From Thermoplasmata archaeon (GTDB lineage: Archaea > Thermoplasmatota > Thermoplasmata > UBA10834), in assembly GCA_020696395.1 (NCBI GenBank), contig JAEHCN010000003.1:1-43608 (forward strand): 43,608 nucleotides of DNA. Reading direction: 5' to 3'. The position numbers and the translations under genes were made by a program. Numbering within the stretch: position 1 is the first letter of the stretch; every line of letters starts with the position of its first letter. Below, in pieces: positions 38,401 through 43,608 of this stretch. The notes under the pieces were generated by a model. The model was not told the origin of the DNA and did not search any database. It saw only the letters and a program-made list of their open reading frames with translations.

Positions 38401-39832
38401 CGTATATGTCGTAGAGGACGCTGACGCACTCGGTGTAGCCCGAGAAGTTCCACCCGATTATGAGCATCTGATAATCGAATGCGACCAGCTTCGCAACCAA
38501 CGTGTTGAAGTCTATCGGTTTCGCCTCGACGTTGATGCCCGCCTCTCTCATGTTTGTGGCGATCATCTGTCCCGCTCTGATCCTGATGGGGTCGTAGTCG
38601 GCAGGCGGAGTCAACAGAGTTATCTTCTCCATGAGGGTGCCGTCGGGCAAATCTCTCCAGCCGTCCTCGTTGACGTCCACATACCCGGCGTCGTCCAGGA
38701 GAGCCTTCGCCGCATCGACGTCGAACGCGTAAGTCGTCACGGTGGGGTTGTGCCACTCATCGAAGAACGGTGAGACCGCCGCCGATCCCACCTTGCCGAA
38801 GCCGCCCATGTACACATCGACGAGCTGTTCCTTGTCAATCAGGTGAGACACGGCCTTTCTGAACGAGATGTTGTTCATCGGCTCCTTCTTCATGTTGAAC
38901 GCCAGGTAGAAGTAGCCAGCATCAGACATGTATTCCAGTTCGATGTTCGGATCGCTCTGGAGTCCAGGCACTCGCCCGGACGTAACCGCCCATGCGATGT
39001 AGTCCACATCTCCGCCCTGCAGGGCAAGTATCGCGGTGTCAATGCTCGTGTATATCTTGTAGAACACAGTGTCGACTACCTTCGGGAAGACCGGCATGCC
39101 TGCGGGGGTCGTGTAGTCGACGCCCCAGTAGTCGTCGAACTTCTTCATCACCCTGTACGAGTTCGTCACGCCATCTGCGTAGTACCAGGGGCCCGTTCCT
39201 ATCGCCATTTCCCTTTCGCTCTCCTCGACTATGACTCGGTCTTCGTCGTCGACATAGTTCTCCCAGATGTGCTTGGGCATGATTGGTATCCCAAGGGTGC
39301 TCGAGAAGAACTGACCGTAGGGCTTTGCCATAACCATCTGGACGTGGTATTCGGAGATCACCTTGATGCCAGCGTTGAGTTCTGCCGCACTCACGACGTT
39401 GTCCTCGTCAGCATCGAAGGCGGGTATGAGGTTGCTGTCATAGGTCGTACCTTGTCTGCACATCAGGTACGAGAAGAGGACATCGTCCGCGTGCATCTCC
39501 TCTCCATCGTGGAACAGGACGCCTTCTCTCAGATATATGTCGACCGTGTCCACTTCGTCGAATTCCCAGCTCTCAGCCAGGAGCGGAATCGGTCTAAGAT
39601 CATAGTCAGCTGTTGACAGTCCCTCATATCCCATGCCTATCACGTTGTATTTCCAGACGCTGTTGGACCCAAGGTTGTAGTAGTTGAAGTCCGGCATGTC
39701 CAGCTGCATGGCGATATACAGTACATCCTCATCTGCGGCCGCTGCGCTAGCGGACTTCGCGGGCAGGGCCGCAAAGGCCGATAGAATCATCAACGACATC
39801 ACCAATCCGGCTAACACTGCTTTGCTTTTCAT
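35450..39832 (-). CDS. oppA: Peptide ABC substrate-binding protein (SBP family 5, OppA/DppA-like) fused to tandem Ig-like domains and a C-terminal TM anchor
   Basis: PLLAESW, LREGVLFHDG..ADDV, IGTGPW, FRKAVSHLID; Big_1-like repeats (D..G.PV.GA.V..TDANG); C-terminal TM. Confidence 0.9.
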   Translation of the reverse strand: MKSKAVLAGLVMSLMILSAFAALPAKSASAAAADEDVLYIAMQLDMPDFNYYNLGSNSVWKYNVIGMGYEGLSTADYDLRPIPLLAESWEFDEVDTVDIYLREGVLFHDGEEMHADDVLFSYLMCRQGTTYDSNLIPAFDADEDNVVSAAELNAGIKVISEYHVQMVMAKPYGQFFSSTLGIPIMPKHIWENYVDDEDRVIVEESEREMAIGTGPWYYADGVTNSYRVMKKFDDYWGVDYTTPAGMPVFPKVVDTVFYKIYTSIDTAILALQGGDVDYIAWAVTSGRVPGLQSDPNIELEYMSDAGYFYLAFNMKKEPMNNISFRKAVSHLIDKEQLVDVYMGGFGKVGSAAVSPFFDEWHNPTVTTYAFDVDAAKALLDDAGYVDVNEDGWRDLPDGTLMEKITLLTPPADYDPIRIRAGQMIATNMREAGINVEAKPIDFNTLVAKLVAFDYQMLIIGWNFSGYTECVSVLYDIYGAAAASNNWAFWSDTNSNPLYEDLGGVSTLADERTMELVDMFTENETLARATFDVAEQINYVKIGQDIIADAVPCNVLYYRVNVEAHSKTWTNWTQFDGTLMNPFNLCTLEYSGAGSATGGGAVTTSLSAGLTIAEKVKCDQSVDGYVKAIDNLGNPVVGAAVEVDVTSGAAASPTDGTTDANGVFEFSVMGEAAGISAVNVNVTSGTLEANDSSSLIVTSLGGLGVEVIPAKTALVAAEDVAISVRVTDVNGDPVEGANVTIDPYLLGYGSISPESGTVFTDANGAGTMTYSAPDEATQNQHLLVTLAASVSHPKYTLSNLAASSMVIYNDAAPVWRMTTIESVTTTALSSASPTTTIEVMAMDAAGSPLASEMLDITYSDDTMVVGAETKVTTDGSGLASFDVEIDDIGVDAALRVTIGNGSVANSIMDAVTLTYSDAGGLTDMYGGYVQYATPKFVDPLGTIDVTFYVFDSEGNPANVNSSVVVAGTAYGQLTDWNESQWNTLWDYAGLNILTEADGQNIVSAGSYAAPEFADVPDWGVYVDTPGIEVVDGMYSITVEGVDMAHLDLVMDLFLLPNSTGSFSTDTGNHVITGLTTISSNYGYSRATAVTTVVYEIDKPVLAAKDAEFEVTDVTVTAYDEDNALVEGAEVSLYPAGDYGVTTEDSTTDATGKVVFEIIAAAENPDTGEFTEVTYATNPDMYVIAEVDGAMNIFSQTQLVIETMRDTVFFELEPMLDVYMIGDQLHVTATVVDDMGEPYPDLPVSIATGAGTVVTPMVLTDADGVATMVVDTSNIEDAPAALVAISLATGGAPEGSTAKMMIAVKNLGPEIVITSPAADGEVLGRNATLTASIYDNNGIASATMSLDNGTDIDLTVTAGSVAAAISETLEDLEEGEHTIVISATDSLGVSSEMEVDFTFEAAAEGGSILAWGLAAIGWIIAVVALVFVMKYRPKKVPETGLVEPPEDEPVLEPELLGEEKTE

Positions 39833-40095
39833 GTTACACTCATCCTCCGTGAAGTCCCTCCCCCATAGTAGAGGGATCAGCTTCTGCAATCGTCTTCATG
39901 TATATATGAGGTTTCCCCATGATGAGTCGCGGTATCTGGGTATATATATGAAATCGCATTCCGACGAGGGGATAGGGTTAACGCTGAAAAGACATCATCA
40001 GAGCGCAGATTCTGACACGCCTTCACGCCCTCGAACTCTAGCCCTCGTTCTAAGCATGCGAAGGGAGCCGTCCGTCGGAGCCGGCCCGCACATAA

Positions 40096-41076
40096 TCACC
40101 TTGAGGCGGTGTCTTCCACGTCTCTCGAGAGATCCTTGCTGTACCACACGCTCTCCATGTCGTTCGAGAACCCGAAGGACCTGTAGAGTCCGAGGGCCTT
40201 CTCGTTCTTGGCGAACACGCCGAGGTAGATAGTGTCCATCCCTTTGTCGAGAATCCATCTCATTCCGTCCGAAAGCAGCGCCCCACCGAGGCCGAGGCGT
40301 CTGAACTTGGGGCGCACGCCGAGGATATCGACCCAGCCAGTCCGCTCGCCTTTCTCCTCGTTGAACGTCGAGCTCTCCTCCGAGAGGCAGAAACCAGCGA
40401 TGCCGTCGTCCGTCACCGCGAGCGTAAGGACAAGAGGGTCATTGCCGCAGTCCCGAGCGTTGATGAAGCGTTCAGCCCTCTCGGGTGCGAAGTTGAAGTG
40501 GTCTCGGAAGGAATCATTGAACACATCCACTACCTTCGATATGTCGTCGTCCGAACAGTCGCGGAGATTCCTTCGCTCAAGTCTGAAGCCCGCTGGGGGC
40601 GGCACATCTCGCACCTCAGCCCGCCCTCGCCTTACTAGGATATACACCCTGTAAGTCTCCTCGAACGAGTGCGTGGTCAACAACGAACGTCTCCAGTCGT
40701 CCTTGGCCGGAGCCCTCGAAAGGGCTTTGCCTACGTTCCTCGACCTCAGATAGTCGAACGATTTCTCAAGCAGCTTCTGCTCGACCCCTTTTCCCTGGTG
40801 TTCTGGTACGACATCGATATCGACATATGCATCGTCCTTTCCGGCCTTGATCCGGTTGGCTTCGACCAAAACGAGACCGAATCCAGCCACCTCGCCGTCG
40901 AGGGTTGCGAGCCAAGTCCCCTGCGGATCGAAGTCCGGGTCCAGGAACGTCTCTGACCTGGCTTCGTCGTGTGTGAGCCTCCGCCTGTGCGGGTCATCCG
41001 CTCGTGCCTTCGCTAGGACATCGATCATGTCTTCGAGCGATGACTCCGTAAGATGTCGGAACTCCAGGCCTGACAC
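40096..41076 (-). CDS. Tandem GNAT acetyltransferase (MshD-like architecture)
   Basis: VVPEHQGKGV and GVRPKFRRLGLG acetyl-CoA motifs; NEKALGLYRSFGF. Confidence 0.88.
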   Translation of the reverse strand: MSGLEFRHLTESSLEDMIDVLAKARADDPHRRRLTHDEARSETFLDPDFDPQGTWLATLDGEVAGFGLVLVEANRIKAGKDDAYVDIDVVPEHQGKGVEQKLLEKSFDYLRSRNVGKALSRAPAKDDWRRSLLTTHSFEETYRVYILVRRGRAEVRDVPPPAGFRLERRNLRDCSDDDISKVVDVFNDSFRDHFNFAPERAERFINARDCGNDPLVLTLAVTDDGIAGFCLSEESSTFNEEKGERTGWVDILGVRPKFRRLGLGGALLSDGMRWILDKGMDTIYLGVFAKNEKALGLYRSFGFSNDMESVWYSKDLSRDVEDTASR

Positions 41077-42014
41077 ATTCTCCGCCTAGACCAGAAGTCG
41101 GAGATAATCCTTTCGGGCATGTTCGCCTGTATGATCCATCCGGCCTCGGACGTAGATTCCTCGCGAGACACCTCTACGAATCTGTATTTCCCTTTCGGCA
41201 CGAGGATCTCGAATCGCGCCCCCTCACCTACGACGCCAGTCTCTCGTATCGATATCTTCGTGATACGGAGTATCTCCGCCGACAGGAAGAGGCCGTGGCT
41301 GCGTTTGCCCGTTAAATGTTCTCTCTGTAATATGACCTCCTTGCGCTCTGCGGGGACGCCGATGCCATCGTCCTCCATCACTATCGTCAAGCCCTCTGGG
41401 CCTTCCGAGTACGACAGCGAGATCGCGGTGACAGTCTGTCCGTGGTTGAGTGAGTTGCTGATAAGGCTGTGCAGCACTTTCGGAAACATCGGATCCGCGA
41501 GAACCTCGACACCCTCCAGTCTGCCTCTTAGTTCCTTTCCCGTAAGGTCGAGTCCCGCGATCGCAGAAACGAAAGCGTCGTGAACGTTCACCCAATCAGG
41601 CTTATTTATGCCCACTTCCTCGTATTCGCTCGTGAACCTGATGAAGGATACTAGGTTGTCGGTCGTGGCCTCCATCTTGCGCAGATAGTCGCTTACGACA
41701 GGGTCCTTCGAGGATTCCGCCGCCATGCCCAGCCATCCCTTCTGGATGGTAATCTGGTTCAAGGCATCGTCTCGGGTTATAGACGACAGCACACCCAGTT
41801 TCTTGTTCACGTTTTCTAGTTCTTCCGTCCGTTCCTTGACCTTCCTGTCTAGACCTGAATACGACTGTTCGAGTTCGGAGGCCATTTCGTTGAATGACTT
41901 CGCAAGTCGGCCAAGCTCGTCCCTTCTGGAGGTGGAAATCCTCTGGTCCAGATTGCCCTGGGCCATGTTTCGAGTCGCTTCCTCCAATGCCGCGATCGGG
42001 GTCGTGATCTTCAC
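41025..42014 (-). pseudogene. Truncated HAMP + histidine-kinase (HATPase_c) gene remnant lacking the sensor/TM region and the phospho-acceptor His
   Basis: HAMP DELGRLAKSFNEM; H-box ITRDDALNQ; N-box LISNS; G1 EDDGIG; degenerate G2; in-frame TAG seven codons upstream of the GTG. Confidence 0.65.
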
Positions 42015-42274
42015 GCTCGCTCGAGCCTGCCCCTAGCATCCTCGACACTCCCTGAGCTTCAGGAACGGTCCACCAGGCTATACCTTCGTGCCCTCGGTTT
42101 CAATCGACTCGTGGGGATTTATTCTCTTACCCTGGTTGTCGAGGGCCGTCGTGCCCCATCTCCGCGTCTGTACGTTGGTCGGTCATATGAGAAGATCATG
42201 CCGTCGTTACCGCGCTGTGATGGTGGCGGCGACTGACTGGTGTTGCCCGACTCATCTTCGGATGCGCACGGATG

Positions 42275-42346
42275 TGGACCGGGCGAGATTTGAACTCGCG
42301 ACCTCCCGCATGCCAAGCGGGCGATCTTCCGCTGATCTACCGGCCC
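42275..42346 (-). tRNA. tRNA-Ala(GGC), CCA not encoded
   Basis: GGGCCGG/CCGGTCC acceptor stem with G3:U70; anticodon arm CCCGC-TTGGCAT-GCGGG; T arm GCGAG-TTCAAAT-CTCGC; TTTAA box upstream. Confidence 0.96.
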
Positions 42347-42404
42347 ATCCTGGGCGGCGTTGTATACACTGGTCGTAGTTAAAGCTTGTCTGAAGGCATA
42401 CCAC

Positions 42405-43607
42405 TCAGGCGAATGAATCCAGCTTCTTCTGAAACCTCACCTTCTCGCCCTCGACTGGTAGCGGATACTCTCCGTTGAGGCAGCCGAGACAGAGGTCGTT
42501 CGCGTTCAATCCTATTGCGTCTACCAGTCCCTCTATCGAGATGTATCCGAGGCTGTCTGCCGTGAGCATCTTGGCAATCTCCTCGACAGTCCTGCCCGTG
42601 GCGGCGAACTGGTCCCTCGTCTTCATGTCGATGCCGAAGTAGCATGGCGCTCGGATCGGCGGCGATCCTATCCTCACGTGCACCTCCTTCGCGCCCGCAT
42701 TCCTGACGAGCTGCACGATCTGTCTCATGGTCGTGCCTCGAACGATGGAGTCGTCCACCAGCACGATACGCTTGTCCTTGATGACGCTCTTCAGCGGGTT
42801 GAGCTTCAGCATAACACCGGTTGCCCGGTCGTTCTGTTCTGGCATGATGAACGTGCGCTCGACGTACCGGTTCTTCATCAATCCCTCGGAATACCGTATC
42901 CCCGAAGTCTCAGAGTAGCCCATAGAATGCGACCTGCCGGAGTCAGGGACGGGCACGATCACGTCAGCGTCGACGGGCTGTTCGTCTGCCAGACGCTGAC
43001 CTATCTTCCTCCTGACGTCGTACACGAGGCGCCCGTCGAGGCACGAGTCCGCCCTGGCGATGTACACCCACTCGAACATGCAGTGCGCCTTCCCTCTGGC
43101 CAGGCCGGTCTTGGCAGACCTTATCTCTCCTGGGAGGAGCTCTACTAGCTCCCCTGGCTCAACATCTCGCATGAACTCGCCTCCGAGCGTGTCGAAGACG
43201 ACGCTCTCCGAAGCGGCGGCATAGCCTCCCTTGGTCCTTCCGACGCAGAGCGGCCGGATCCCGAGCGGGTCGCGCAGCGCGAACACACGGTTGTCCACCA
43301 TCAGGGTGATGGAGTACGACCCTGATAGCAACGACATGACGTTCTTGACGGACCTGACTGGGTCGCCGGTGTTCGAGATGTCGTTCGCCAACATACGGAT
43401 TATGATCTCTGAGTCGCTGGTCGTCGCGAACGCCCAGCCCTTCTTCTTCAAGCCGTCCCTCAGCTGGCCGCCGTTCACGATCTCGCCGTTATGCGCCAGG
43501 GCTATGTCGCCATAGTTGGTGGACATGACGACCGGTTGTGCGTTCTCCGAGCTCGACGAACCCACCGTGGAGTAGCGGACATGGCCTATGCCCATCTCCC
43601 CTTTGAG
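42405..43607 (-). CDS. purF: Amidophosphoribosyltransferase (5' end beyond the window)
   Basis: GHVRYST, AHNG, RDPLGIRPL, CMFEWVY, PVPDSG, VDDSIVRGTT, PCYFGID, CLGC. Confidence 0.97.
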   Translation of the reverse strand, partial: LKGEMGIGHVRYSTVGSSSSENAQPVVMSTNYGDIALAHNGEIVNGGQLRDGLKKKGWAFATTSDSEIIIRMLANDISNTGDPVRSVKNVMSLLSGSYSITLMVDNRVFALRDPLGIRPLCVGRTKGGYAAASESVVFDTLGGEFMRDVEPGELVELLPGEIRSAKTGLARGKAHCMFEWVYIARADSCLDGRLVYDVRRKIGQRLADEQPVDADVIVPVPDSGRSHSMGYSETSGIRYSEGLMKNRYVERTFIMPEQNDRATGVMLKLNPLKSVIKDKRIVLVDDSIVRGTTMRQIVQLVRNAGAKEVHVRIGSPPIRAPCYFGIDMKTRDQFAATGRTVEEIAKMLTADSLGYISIEGLVDAIGLNANDLCLGCLNGEYPLPVEGEKVRFQKKLDSFA

Positions 43608-43608
43608 A

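Noticed and set aside
42015-42346. Integrated element at tRNA-Ala
   Set aside because: I saw no duplicated tRNA 3' end (att site) and no integrase in the window.

Overview
This is a GC-rich archaeal chromosomal segment. The TATA/BRE promoters, GGAGGTGA ribosome-binding sites, CCA-less tRNA and gene content suggest Thermoplasmatota (inferred). It runs from a partial iron/cobalamin-type ABC ATPase to tRNA-Ala(GGC) and a partial purF, and I found no transposase, integrase or CRISPR array. Four things stand out. (1) A five-gene operon (16639-22964) couples an ECF transporter to five extracellular sulfite-oxidase/MsrP-like 'Oxidored_molyb' domains and a surface metallophosphatase; it is a candidate molybdo-/tungstopterin cofactor scavenging system. 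(2) A cluster of unknown secreted proteins (4249-11341) includes three paralogs with Gly-rich tails; one is a 5'-truncated mosaic copy with near-identical flanks and a diverged core. (3) A GTACCA-centred motif sits at fixed spacing upstream of the TATA-like box of four secreted-protein genes, including a C39-like peptidase 15 kb away. (4) An oligopeptide ABC operon has large insertions in four of its five subunits. A decayed histidine kinase with a His-to-Asp change lies next to the tRNA. All functional calls rest on motifs recognised by eye; no database searches were run.
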